Below, in pieces: positions 51,901 through 64,000 of a DNA stretch of 64,000 bases; the stretch's first letter is position 1, and every line of letters starts with the position of its first letter. A program made the translations under genes and the position numbers. The notes beneath the pieces were generated by a model. That model searched no databases. It was given only the letters and a program-made list of their open reading frames with translations, and was not told the origin of the DNA. This stretch comes from Utricularia gibba (taxonomy: Eukaryota > Plantae > Magnoliophyta), in the NCBI GenBank assembly GCA_002189035.1, contig NEEC01000015.1, positions 310,001 to 374,000 of the forward strand, read 5' to 3'.

Positions 51901-52515
51901 TCAATCAAAGCTTGTGAGAGTACCATAACATCGCGATGAAGTATACAAAGGAAGGTTTGAAATTCAAAAACCAATTAAAAGAATGGCATTCAAGATAGCT
52001 TTATTTTCTAGCATGATCTTCTCTTCCTTCTCAGTTGGGTGCGGCAATCTATCACACCTTCTCCCAGATTTCAACTACTCATGAAAACTCAAAAGATCCC
52101 CACTTCATCACAAAGACGTTATCTTTAAGACAAAGAAATCCAACGATTGTATCACTTGATAACTTAAGTCATCACTTGATAAAAAGTTGAAAAGGCTAAA
52201 GATGACCATGGAAAACAGAATGGTCGAAAATCGAGAATGCCATGAAATCGAAAATAGGGGAGGGGATGGGTATGCTAAATGAGGAAAAGACAATAAACTT
52301 AATAAATATCAAACAAACACCTGGCGCCGGATATCAGCCTCAAGGAGTTTGGCTTCAATTTCGTCTACACTAGTAAAAGGCGGCGTCTAGGCCTCAGAAA
52401 GCCTCCGACGTAGGCACGAGGGGACGGTCAGCGGCGACCATGACTAAGCACTTTCACTCGCCGGAATTTCCATGCACACAGACTCGACCGATCTCCCCCG
52501 CTCCGGCGACTCCAT
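48971..52515 (-). pseudogene. T-complex protein 11 (TCP11)-like pseudogene
   Basis: Homology from MESPERG..IEAKLLEADIRRQ through [33 protein letters not shown] and VHGRWY. In-frame TAG at 52444-52446, 52387-52389 and 50852-50854; exon 3 stops at ~51271 with no donor and the following conserved block is missing; frameshift near 49829-49832. Confidence 0.88.
52026..52116 (-). ncRNA. Candidate box C/D snoRNA (possibly degenerate) in TCP11 intron 1
   Basis: C box GTGATGA (52111-52105), D box CTGA (52034-52031), terminal stem TCTTT/GAAGG. AGTGGGGATCTT before a TTGA D'-like box is complementary (two G-U pairs) to recalled LSU rRNA GAGAUUCCCACU. Confidence 0.4.
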
Positions 52516-53943
52516 TACAAGAAACCAAAAACAAAGAAACCCACAACGACAAACAGATATACAAACACCAAGAACTCAACCCAGTATTCAAAAAAGTACT
52601 CTACGACAAAAACACCACTCGGGATTCACACAGTTAGTTCATCATTTCATCAAATACAAACCAATCACAGGAATGATCCACAAAAATCAGCGGGGTCTGT
52701 ATTCAGATCAACGAGAGAGACTGAAGGAAAAAAAAACGATTAAAAAAAAGCATTGAGAGAAAATGGAGCCAAGGAGGGAAGGAGAAACAGAAGCTCTATA
52801 AAATCGTTCTCAAATTGAAAAATGGAAAGTCGCGGTTCCGTCAGAAGGGAAAACGCCGCACAGCATCGACATCCTCTGTAACGGTACTTTGCGTGACATG
52901 GCACTCCGAGCAATCACCAATTTGCCCCCGCACGGCATCGATCAGTTCGACGGCCACCGCCGCGCACCTTTCAGGACCGTCAAGCATTTACGTTTCCGCC
53001 ATGTGGGAGGAAAAGCGAGGCAGCTGGCCCCACACTCTATTAAATATAATATTTTTACAGAAAATAAACCAAAATAAGCCCATGTAGTGGTACTGGGAAA
53101 GCAAACGTCATAGGGTGGGCCCCCATCCAACGATTGGCGCACAATTTGTATACTATTTTCAAATTAAATTATTATTGTCATTATTCTCATCCGGGCCGGG
53201 TTCCCAAATGAGAGCCAGACCGGCCCACGTTGTGAGAAAGTGGGCTCGGGGCAGGGCTTCAATTGGTGGATTAATTAAATTTAACTGCAAATTAATCATA
53301 AAAAATTAAGAAAGAAACCGTAAAATGATTATAGAATATGGTATATTAGAAATGTGGCCATACTCCGTTGATTGTGTGATAAAAGTAGCCACTTTCATTT
53401 AAAAAAATTTGTCTGAGTGTATGAAAGAGTATGAGAAATTGACCACATTTTTAAATGATACGAATAGAATATGGTTTAGAAATTATATCCAGTACTCGCA
53501 ACCTAAAAATATTTCATACTGAAAAGCTCACATCAAAATTCCAAAAAAAGCTTCAAAATGACATACTGTGAAGTTTATACATTCAAACAATTTAGAAAAT
53601 ATTGTGTTCTAATCAAATGGTAAAACTTATGCATCATTTGTTTGCATAGATCTATTTCGTTTCCATCATCAAATTTTATGGCAACTTCAAAGTTATGTGT
53701 GTTTGAACAAAAATAATATTAAGATGATGATGCATTGGAATCACACAAAAAATGCGTTAAAAAAATAAATATAAAATTATTGGGAATTTTGAAATATATG
53801 AAAAAAAAAGAATTATTGGGGAGAAATATTCCTGTGGTGTTGGATGAATGAGCCATGGGATTTGAAACTTGATGAGGAGTTGGGTGCGAACGTGTGGCTC
53901 CGAGGAGGATAGCAAAGCGATAAAGCGACTAACGAGGAGGCGA

Positions 53944-54010
53944 CACGTGGCAGATAACACTCCCCAACTTGAGCAAACCACACTATTTCCACAAGCCCCC
54001 AACCCTTATC
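53944..54010. promoter_or_regulatory. G-box plus GATA/I-box light-response module in the ferredoxin promoter
   Basis: GACACGTGGC (CACGTG 53944-53949), adjacent GATAA and CTTATC at 54005-54010, 70-130 nt upstream of the ferredoxin ATG. Confidence 0.5.
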
Positions 54011-54076
54011 TGCCTGCCTTCCTCGCCATTCACCCATCTCCCAAATTCCCACCTCCGGAGCCCTAAGAGGAAAACC

Positions 54077-54534
<458 letters not shown>

Positions 54535-54940
54535 TAGTGGTGAAATCCCAGGGGAAAAAACTGTCATCTTGAATAATTTTTGTTTGTTGATGTTACTTAC
54601 CTTCATTCAATGGTGATAACTTTGCTGCAATATCCTTATATTAAAATACTTTAAAATATAATTCAAATAGATGCCAAGAATTCATCTTCAAGCTACCGCA
54701 AATTCAGTTGCACTTTGTATGGTATCCCAGTTTTGTTGCAAAACTTCAGGACACCATGTTTTCATCATGCCAGAGGACGATCCGAGAAGAAGAAGAAGGG
54801 CGGCGGCGTTGGAGGTAGAAGAACCTTGGGAGCAAATCGTTAAATGTCCCTGAAATCCATCAGGAACATCCCCGTCGTCTCCTTCTGCATCGAACAGGGT
54901 GAGCTCATCGCATTCAAAGCTCTGCTTTTGCACTTGTGTG

Positions 54941-56678
54941 ATGGCTCCGAGGAGGCTGAGACAGGCTATTGGGGCAGTCAAAGATCATACCAGCATAGGT
55001 CTGGCTAAGGTCGGTAGCAGCGTCTTCTCGGACCTGGAAATAGCCGTCGTGAAGGCTACCCGTCACGGGGAAGCTCCGCCGGACGATCGTTACGTCCGAG
55101 AAATCCTCGGCCTGACGAGCCACTCCCGCTCCCTTGTAAATTCGTGCATCGACATCATCGGGAAGAGGCTCAATAAGACCAAGAATTGGGTCGTCGCCTT
55201 GAAGGCTCTCATGCTCGTCCAGCAGCTGCTCTCAGAGGGCGGTTACCCCTACGTGGAGGAGCTTTTCTTTTCGACACGGAAAGGGACTCGCTTCCTCAAC
55301 ATGTCGGAGTTCAGGGACTCGGATGCTTGGGACTTCTCGGCATTCGTTCGCACCTACGCAATGTACTTAGATCACCAACTCGAGTTCACGATGCAGGGGT
55401 GCCGGAGGATGAAGCGACGCCGGAGCTACCACGACGGCGTTTTTGATGTCGGATTCACTGCATCTGCTACCGTTTTGAGGAGAGGCACACCCGTTCGTGA
55501 ATTGGCAGATGAAGTCCTTTTCTCCATGGCACATCATATGAGACAGCTTCTGGAGAGGTTCATAGCCTGCAGACCAACGGGTATGCATCATCATGAATGT
55601 CCATTACAATCTTGCATCACTACAAGTGAACAAGAATCATGAATCCGTTTGCTGAGTTTCAGGTGCAGCAAAACACAACAAGCTTATTGCAGCAGCTCTG
55701 CATCCAATCGTACTGGAGAGTTTCAAGCTGTGTGATGGGATGAATGAATTAATGGCGACACTGACTGAGAGATTTTCTGACCTTCAACCGCATGATATGG
55801 CTGAGGTTTTCGACATTTTCTGCCGTGCTTCGATTCAGTACGAGGAGCTAGGTGCTTTCTACAAGTGGTGCAAGGTTGCTGGGATTGGGGGGAGTTTCTC
55901 AGAGTACCCTGAAGTTGAGAAAATCCCAAACAAGAAACTTGATATGATGGAAGATATTATTCGCCAGAAGTCAGCTATGTTGAGAAACAAGAAAGGTTGC
56001 ACCCCAGAATCAAAGCTGAAAAGCGGAGAAGAGAAGAAAGAAACAGAGGAAGAAGATAACTTATTTTCAATCAGGGCATTGCCACCACCACCACCGCAAG
56101 AAGTTATTGAGATAGAAGAAGAAAAGCCGCAAGAAAACAACAAAGATTTCCAGGAGGTAGGCGATTTGTTAAACTTCAGGGACGATGTACCGATCAAAGA
56201 GCAAGCAGAAGACCAAATGGCTCTTGCTTTATTTGATGGTGAACAGGGAACATCTGCCCCTAAAAGTGCAAAGAATCCATGGGAAGCTTTGAAGGAATTA
56301 GGTGATGATTGGGAAACAGCTTTAGTTCAATCTGCAAGCCATCTATCAAGTCAGCCAACGTCATTTGCAGAAGGTTTTGATAAGCACCTACTTGATAGAA
56401 TGTACATCCAGCAGGCAATGGCAAAGACCAGTTCTTATACCCGACCAGAGTCCATCGAAAAGGGGATCGATCCATTTGCTGCTTCCCTTTACATAGCACC
56501 ACCAGCATATGTTCAGATGGCTGAAATGGAGAAGAAGCAGAAATTGATGTTAGAAGAGCAATTTATGTGGCAGCAGTATGCCAGAGATGGGATGCAAGGG
56601 CTGACTGGAATTTCGAAACTGCAACAACAGTATCCTCATGGATATATCACAGGAGTTTACACAAGAACAACATGGTGA
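54941..56678 (+). CDS. ANTH-domain clathrin assembly protein (PICALM/AP180-like), two exons
   Basis: MAPRRLRQAIGAVKDHTSIGLAKV, LEIAVVKATRH, KTKNWVVALKALML, WDFSAFVRTYAMYL, CRPTG|AA..ESFKL; intron ~55581-55662; DWETALV, DPFAAS and PPAYVQMAEMEKKQ motifs; stop 56678. Confidence 0.9.
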
Positions 56679-57266
56679 AAAATTGATCAAAAGAATTGCT
56701 TTCTGGGTTCAAAATACAACCATAAATGAAGAAACTTGTAAAAATCCAAAAGCACCCACAGAGAGTAAAACCCAAAACTAGCGGATTTCAGGGTATCCTC
56801 GAAGATTGCCATTGTTTCATACATAAAGCTTCAAAAGGTTTACGAGATTACCTTCAATTTCTCTACTTTCCCGTGTTTGAGAGCGAAACACTAATCAAAT
56901 ACACAGTGAAGCAAAAAAGGAAAGAAGATGGCATCACCAACGGTCGGCCCAACCCGTGTGCTCAAGTTTGGGCTGGGTCGGGTTCATGGTTGAAGGAAAC
57001 CTAGGTCGACTTTCTAAAGAATACCAAAAAGGAAGCCAATTTCCGGGTTTTTCATCCAAATAAAGACACGAAGTCAGAAAACCAAAGGAAGTGATATCGG
57101 AGTAACCGGAAAATACTTCGATCACAACCGAAAAGGGCTTCAATTTTGAGGGTATGTGTTGACATTTTTGGTTTGATGCTCAATGCTATCCGCATTTGTA
57201 GGGGTTTGGTAGTTAAAGGTAACCGATGGCGCATTCATTAGTTCCAGAGGCTTCACGGTGAGGCAG

Positions 57267-59200
57267 ATGGACGAGTTGTCGAAGAATAAAATATTCGCAA
57301 TCCATGCGGGCGCGGGCAGCGCCGCCGTTGCTCTGGGAACTGCTGTAACATACCCTTTTGATACTCTTAAAGTTCTGATTCAGGTTTGAATACTGATTGA
57401 AATCCTGCTTTGTGTGTGCATTTCTTTTGGCCTTGTGCTTAACGGGAAACTGAAAACAGGTTGGTTCCAGTGCTAAACAGAAACTTTTGGCGGCTGATGT
57501 TACTTACAGGGTTCTATTTTTATCAGGTGTATCAGGTAACTTAGATTAATGCTGTGGATTGATCGTGATTTCCATTTCCATATGAGAGTGATACTGTAAT
57601 GTGACATTGCACGTGCTCTCTGGTTCTAAATTCTCATAATGAGTTGAGGAATTCAGCTTGTCAGTCATCTTTGGCCTTGTATTTTTGTGAACCTTGTGTC
57701 CTTCAGGGTTGTCCCGGTTTCCTGTGTATAGCCATGTAAATGCATTCTAGTTGATTAGGATGACACCTTTAAGGCAAGTTTTGCTATTTCATAAACTTAT
57801 AAACCCTTGTAGGTTTATATAATGGTGTGGGATATTCGGCCTTGGGAAGGACTCTGGGCATTGGGACTCGGTTTGGCGTTTATGAGATGTTAACTGCATT
57901 CTTCAAAGGCAAGTTCATTTTTTGTGATTGCCATGGTATCAATGTTCTCATCTCCTTACTTCATGATTAGGCTGAAATAGAATTCAAAAAACTCATCAGT
58001 GCCCATGATATGTAGCACTGTTGTTATGCTTGTTGCCAACCAAGGCCTAGTATTGGATGTTTCAATTTCTGTCTCTTGTATTCCTGTCACTGATGCATTT
58101 TCATGTTCTGTGTGATCTTTGACTGCCGTGCAGGATTTTGATCCACAGATTAGTTTTAAATTTGATATCTTCCTAAAAATGTTTGCTTTTTTTTTTTTTT
58201 TCATCAGATGGTCGTAGAGATGATTACGTGTATGTGTCTGAGGCTCTAATGGCAGGATTCGCTGCTGGTGCAATGGAGTGTCTTGTAACCTCTCCTTTTG
58301 AAATTGCTAAAATTCGTTCTCAGGTGGCTTCTGCTTCTCGCACTGCAAGCCTTCAATCCGTTGTTGAAAAGAATGCTGTTCCTCCCTTAGCTTCAAGGAT
58401 ACTGCCCCGATATTCGGTGGATATGATAGCGATGAGTAACTCTGTGGAGCTCTTGTCTGCCTTGAACACCAGACGTGTAGATTTGCTTGAAGCTTTCAAA
58501 CAGTATCCATGGATGATGACTGGCTCCGGTAAATCACCACCAGTAGAAAATGTCAGGACTTTTAGAGACATTGTTTCTTTAGAAGGATGGGCTGCCTTGT
58601 GGAGAAGTCTCAGGGCGGGCATTGTCCGAGATTCGATTTTCGGTGCCGTTTTTTTCTCCTCCTGGCGAATCTTACAACTAGAGCTTAGAGACTGGAAAAT
58701 CTCAAGAATGAATCCCTTACCAAGGTTGCTCATTTTTCCATTGTTTGCTCTGCATTCAGTCTCAGCCGTGTTTCCTGATCAGAACTCCGGTGGTTCGGTA
58801 CATTCAGGTATTACAGTGAAGTCCCCCCTTGTCTCCTCTAGCTATTAGCCTCACCGCCGGCATTTCTGGAGCAATTGCTGCTGCTGCCTCCCATGCTTTT
58901 GATACAACAAGAACACGCTCACAGTGCTACGTTCTGCCAAGGTATGCTACTTCTACAAGAACACCTTTTATTCTCGTGCTGAGAATGCACATGATTATGC
59001 AGCATGTATCCATGGAGAGGCGATTCCTGAAGTGGCCTCGACGTCCCGGAAAACGATTCGAGCGACTCACCGGTATCCACCCTTCTGATAGAAATCTACT
59101 TCTGAAGGGGATATGGCTGCGGATGGGTCGCTGCGGAGTTGCATCCTCTGTCATTGTTGGGAGTTATCTGTTTGCTGTCCAGCATCTTGTTTCTAGCTGA
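57267..59200 (+). CDS. Mitochondrial carrier family (SLC25) protein
   Basis: Carrier signatures YPFDTLK, SPFEIAK and HAFDTTR; GLYNG, EGWAALWRSLRAGIVRD and YPWMMTG motifs; stop 59200. Confidence 0.9.
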
Positions 59201-60828
59201 GGACTCTTGATCCGGAGACGGCAGAGAGGCCACACCCGGTAACTGACTCCAGCTGGTGCCTGGTATGCGTTTGGAAGAAGATGAACTTCCTTTGCGCCGT
59301 ACAACTGTATCCTTCCGCCGTGCCGTCCTGAACCAGGAACCGAACCGGGAATAACACCGTAAGGAGATTTTTAGATTAATTCGAATCTATGATTTTTTGG
59401 ATTTTATTTAATAATTTTTATACAAAATATTGAATTTTGAAGTTTTGAAATATTAAATTTAGAGAATTATTTTTATTTGTCTAATATTTTTATAATAAAA
59501 ATGAAATCAGTAAAAGGGATTTAATTTTAAAATATGATTAAATTGAATAATTAATTAAACTCAATTTTAAAATAAATTATGATGGTATTTTATGTAAATC
59601 ATTAAATTAATAAAGATTATTACTTTTTAAGTTATTTTTTAAAAAATAACTTAAAAAGAAATGATAACAATCAAGTTGAGTTTTAAAATAATATATAAAA
59701 GTGGTTTTATATCAAAATTGCTTTAATTAAAATTCATTTATATGTGTATGTGTAAATTTTAAGAATAACTCAATTATGTAAGTTTTGAAAATATTATTCT
59801 AAAGTAATGATAATAAAATTAATATATACTCAAAAAAATTTAATGATAATAATATATATAATTTAATTTTCAATGATATTTGTGGAAATTGAAAGTAATT
59901 GTGTTTTGAATAGTGATAAATAATGTGGAAATAAATACAAATATATTAAATTTTGACTAATTATAGTAGTCATTTATTGGTGAAATTGAATACGTTTTTG
60001 GAAACCCTTGTTCAAAACCTACTAAACTACAACATTTGACGTAAAAGACAGGCGACGGTGGGCCCTACGTAGGAAACCATGACCACTAATCCTACTACTA
60101 ATACTAATTAATTACTAATCAAAGGAATAAACCAATGTGAACAAAGCAACATTATTAAGCCATTGACTATTAAATAAAATTAGGAAAAAAAAAAAATGTA
60201 TTCGTGCTTATGAAATATCTTTAAAATGTAATATTATTAAAAAAAAGATTTTTGTCTTTTTTTCCCCAGAATTTTCAAATGAAAAAAATTCTACAGCAGT
60301 TTGGTTGAGTCAAGGCGTGAAAAGAAAAGGACGAAAAGCAGCAATCGCGTTTGACCGATCCACGTAAATGCAAATGCTTTCATCGTTTTCCGTCAAACGA
60401 GCTGTCTGCGGAATTTACTGGGGAAATAGAAATACAGCTCAACATCATACATACAAAATTGAGGGAGAAAGAGAAATACAGGAGCTCTGTTATTTCATTG
60501 TTTTTTCTCGTCTCTAGAGAGGCCTGCATCCATTCGTCACATAAACTCTGCACCAGTTCAACAAAGACCACTTTTTTGGTCAAGATTCATCTGGGTATTT
60601 TGTTTCTCTTGATTCCTGAGGGTGGGTAAGGTGAACCCAGTTGGGGTGGGTGTTTATCGTACTTGCTTATTGTTGTCTTGCATTTGATATTATTTTGATG
60701 CTTTTTCTTTTTCGGAAAATTGGTGTCTTGTGGATCAGCTTGGCGGCTGGTTACGCTTATGTGGTTGGAGGATCTATTGTAGGCTTGATGGAGAATCTGG
60801 GATTTTAGCGAGTTGGATCCTAAGTTTT

Positions 60829-63800
60829 ATGGATCGTTGGTCCACAGTTATGATCTTGAGGTCCAGATTTCTCTTCTTGGTTCTGGTGTTCGCAAGATTT
60901 TATCAGGGTTCTTCCAACGGCGAAGGTATTTTTTGCTAATTCGTTATCAAATTTATTTTATTCGTTCTGGTTGATGTGTTATTTCTTGTGCTTCTGGTTC
61001 CTCTGCGAGTATGGTCAATTTTTTGAAAGTTGACCTGGAATTCGTTTTAATCAAATCTGTTGCCTAATTCGGTTAGGATAGAAAGTGATGGATTGGCGGC
61101 ATGCTATTGCTTTAAAGCGGTGTACTGTTGAGAGTACTATGTGTGTAGAAGCACTAGTATCTGTTTCTTTCAACAAGATTCCTAGTTTCTATTTGTATGA
61201 TAGACGCCATTGATGAGTACTAAACTTGAACTGTAGACCTAAATCTCATATGCTATGCTCCCGCTCCCTTACCAGCTGTGCCATCCATCTCTACCGGTCC
61301 TAGTTGAATGAGGCCTTTTTTCTCAACTTTCTGCTTAGTGGAGTTTGGGTTTACATTTAGATGAAAATAAGCTCTTTGCTTGTCTTTGAACAATACCTTA
61401 TATGCTTAGAAGATCACATACATCTTGGAAGGGTTTGATACTATAATGCGAAACATTGATATTCACAGGGGATGCCTTGAATGTACTGAGAAGGAATTTA
61501 GTTGATCCTAACAACGTTCTTCAGAGTTGGGATCCTACTCTTGTCAATCCTTGCACTTGGTTCCATGTAACGTGCAACCAAGATAACTTTGTGACACGAG
61601 TGTAAGTTGTTTTCATGATCTCACATTCTTGTCTGGCTTCTAGCTTCAGATGTCTTTGTATAAGACATTAATTAACATCTTTTTACAGAGATCTCGGTAA
61701 TGCTAATTTATCTGGGCAACTAGTCCCTCAGCTTGGTCAGCTGTTGTATTTGCAGTATTTGTAAGCACCTTTCTTTGAATACAGATTTAATCGACTTGCT
61801 CTTTATTTGGCCTCAGTTGTTGAGAAATATTCTCTTTCCTTTCTGTTTCAGGGAACTTTACAGTAATAATATAAGTGGGAGAATTCCAACTGAGTTGGGT
61901 AACTTGACCAACTTGGTTAGTTTGGATCTTTATCTGAACAGACTAAGTGGGCCAATTCCTGAAACACTGGGAAACCTACGAAACTTGCGCTTCCTGTACG
62001 GTTTACACTTCGTTGTTCTACTCTTTGCCTTTTGTCCCTAGAACTCGTGCTCTATCCTGTATGCTGTTATTTGGAAGTGCTGCTTCCAAAGTTTTATTAT
62101 TATGGATTTGAAAATCCATGACTTCTGTCCCGTTTGCTGTTTCTAAACCCCTTGTTGTGCATTGTGTACAAATATATCGTGACTGAAAATTCTTTTTGTT
62201 TATCCTGAACGTTGTTTTCTCTCTGAAACATGTAGGAGGCTCAACAATAACTCGTTGTCTGGAGAGATTCCCGTGTCTCTAACATCAATCACAACACTTC
62301 AAGTCCTGTATGGATCAATTCAGATGATCATTGATCTTAGTCTTCATTACACTACGAATTCTAATATACGCATGTGTGCATGTCTGTGCTTGTATCTGCA
62401 GTGATCTTTCAAGTAATCTGCTCACAGGAACCATTCCTTTTAATGGATCGTTTCAGCTTTTTACACCTATCAGGTTTATATTTTACATATATTTATCGAA
62501 GATGAGGTGTTTTGAAAATTTTTTAGTTGAGGCAAACGATTCTGTGTTCTTTCAGTTTTGCCGGAAACAACTTGGCACCCCTGCCCGCATCTCCTCCACC
62601 CCCGGCTCAGCCATCCACTCCCTCTCCCTCAGGTAGAGTTCTTGAAATCGTATAAAAGTTGCAGTTTATGATGGTTTCGCTTTTAATGTGTTAGTGCACG
62701 GGCACCAAACACACCGTACAGAATCCTGACTGAATACCCAAGTTTCTTGCTCATGAATGCTGCATTCCAGACTGAGAATCTTCTGCTAGAATAGCATCAG
62801 TTACATATTCTTCATCTTACAAAAAAAAAATGATGGCTTAAAAGGAATTATAATTGCAGTCGGCAACGGAGCCACTGGAGCAATTGCTGGAGGTGTTGCT
62901 GCCGGGCTGCTGTGCTGTTTGCTGCTCCAGCAATTGTGCTGGCTTGGTACCGAAGGAGGAGGCCGCAAGATCATTTCTTTGACGTGCCCGGTTTGTCAAT
63001 TTAACATGATGCATCCCTGTACACTTGCTTTCAGTTATCACTCAGTATGTCTCTCTACTTTCAGCTGAGGAGGATCCTGAAGTTCATTTGGGGCAGCTTA
63101 AACGATTTACTCTGCGTGAACTCCAAGTGGCAACGGATAACTTTAGCAACAAAAACATCCTCGGCAGAGGTGGATTTGGTAAGGTTTATAAAGGGCGACT
63201 AACGGATGGGTCACTAGTTGCAGTCAAAAGATTGAAAGAAGAGCGCACTCAAGGTGGAGAGCTGCAGTTCCAAACAGAGGTCGAAATGATCAGCATGGCT
63301 GTGCACCGGAACTTACTCCGACTGCGCGGCTTTTGCATGACCCCAACAGAAAGGCTGCTTGTATATCCATATATGGCCAATGGAAGTGTTGCCTCGTGCT
63401 TGAGAGGTACCGGTGACCGTAGTCTATGCTGTTATGAGCTCCTACTTACTCTTACTGAGCTGCTTAATTTGCCTTCTCAGAGCGACCGGAATCACAGGAG
63501 CCCCTTGTCTGGCAGAGAAGAACAGGCATAGCACTCGGCTCGGCAAGGGGATTAGCGTATCTTCATGATCACTGTGACCCCAAAATTATTCACCGTGATG
63601 TCAAAGCCGCGAATATACTGTTGGATGAGGACTTTGAAGCCGTGGTTGGCGACTTTGGTTTAGCAAAACTGATGGACTACAAGGACACTCATGTCACTAC
63701 AGCTGTGCGTGGAACGATTGGTCACATAGCTCCGGAGTACCTTTCCACCGGCCGATCATCGGAGAAAACAGATGTGTTTGGCTATGGAGTCATGCTTCTT

Positions 63801-64000
63801 GAACTGATAACAGGACAGAGAGCTTTTGATCTTGCCCGGCTCGCCAACGACGATGATGTCATGTTGCTCGATTGGGTGAGCTTCACTTGTGGTGCCTGAG
63901 CGGCCATCGCTCTACACTCTTTCCACGTAATCATGTGCTTGTTTCCGCTTCAGGTGAAAGGACTCCTGAAGGAAAAGAAACTGGAAACACTGGTTGATGC
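60829..64000 (+). CDS. SERK: SERK-family LRR receptor kinase (BAK1/SERK3-like), 3' end outside window
   Basis: Signal peptide, NGEG|[21 protein letters not shown], one-LRR exons, SPP exon, [66 protein letters not shown] and [14 protein letters not shown]. Confidence 0.96.

Noticed and set aside
52150-52182. Second C-box-like GTGATGA within an ATCACTTGATAA direct repeat
   Set aside because: No separate D box before the next C box; best explained as a small local duplication.
53360-53500. Stowaway-like start TACTCCGTT
   Set aside because: No matching inverted end or TA duplication found.
54688-54981. 97-aa minus-strand ORF overlapping the ANTH start
   Set aside because: Non-ATG start, no recognisable motif, overlaps the ANTH leader.
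55700-55745. Apparent stop or frameshift at the start of ANTH exon 2
   Set aside because: Recounting gives GAG AGT TTC AAG CTG TGT GAT, in frame with the downstream ORF.

Overview
Eukaryotic DNA from a very compact flowering-plant (probably eudicot) genome: about 22 protein-coding loci, mostly 65-300 nt introns, very AT-rich spacers, and no recognisable transposon or CRISPR array. Genes in order: kinesin-7 with C-terminal RING (5' end outside window), IQD, Sec14/SFH lipid-transfer protein, a candidate orphan small gene, two-RRM Gly-rich RNA-binding protein, RLCK-type kinase, PERK kinase, a Cys-rich protein of unknown function (DUF7086-like), UPF0496/DUF677 protein, DC1 protein, PPR protein, CYP40/SQUINT, tRNA-Arg(CCT), methylthioribose kinase, SSN2/SWS1, a small LEA3-related protein, SAGA ADA1-like, ZAT-type C2H2/EAR repressor, vacuolar sorting receptor, TCP11-like, ferredoxin, ANTH protein, mitochondrial carrier and SERK/BAK1 (3' end outside window). 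Items the ORF track misses or hides: (1) a TCP11-like pseudogene (three substitution stops, internal deletion) with a candidate C/D snoRNA in intron 1; (2) fossil exons of ClpR1 and of a SWIB domain; (3) five or six single-base frameshifts in otherwise intact genes, each fixable by adding one G/C to a short run, most likely assembly errors; (4) a 1 kb non-coding locus with a bulged miR166-complementary site and three same-strand G-quadruplex motifs; (5) a dense G-box/CGCG cluster upstream of the ZAT gene; (6) several GC-AG introns. All family assignments come from recalled motifs, not database searches. I found no firm evidence of a new multi-gene system; the best open leads are the 16.9-17.9 kb non-coding locus, the intronic snoRNA candidate and the orphan ORF.
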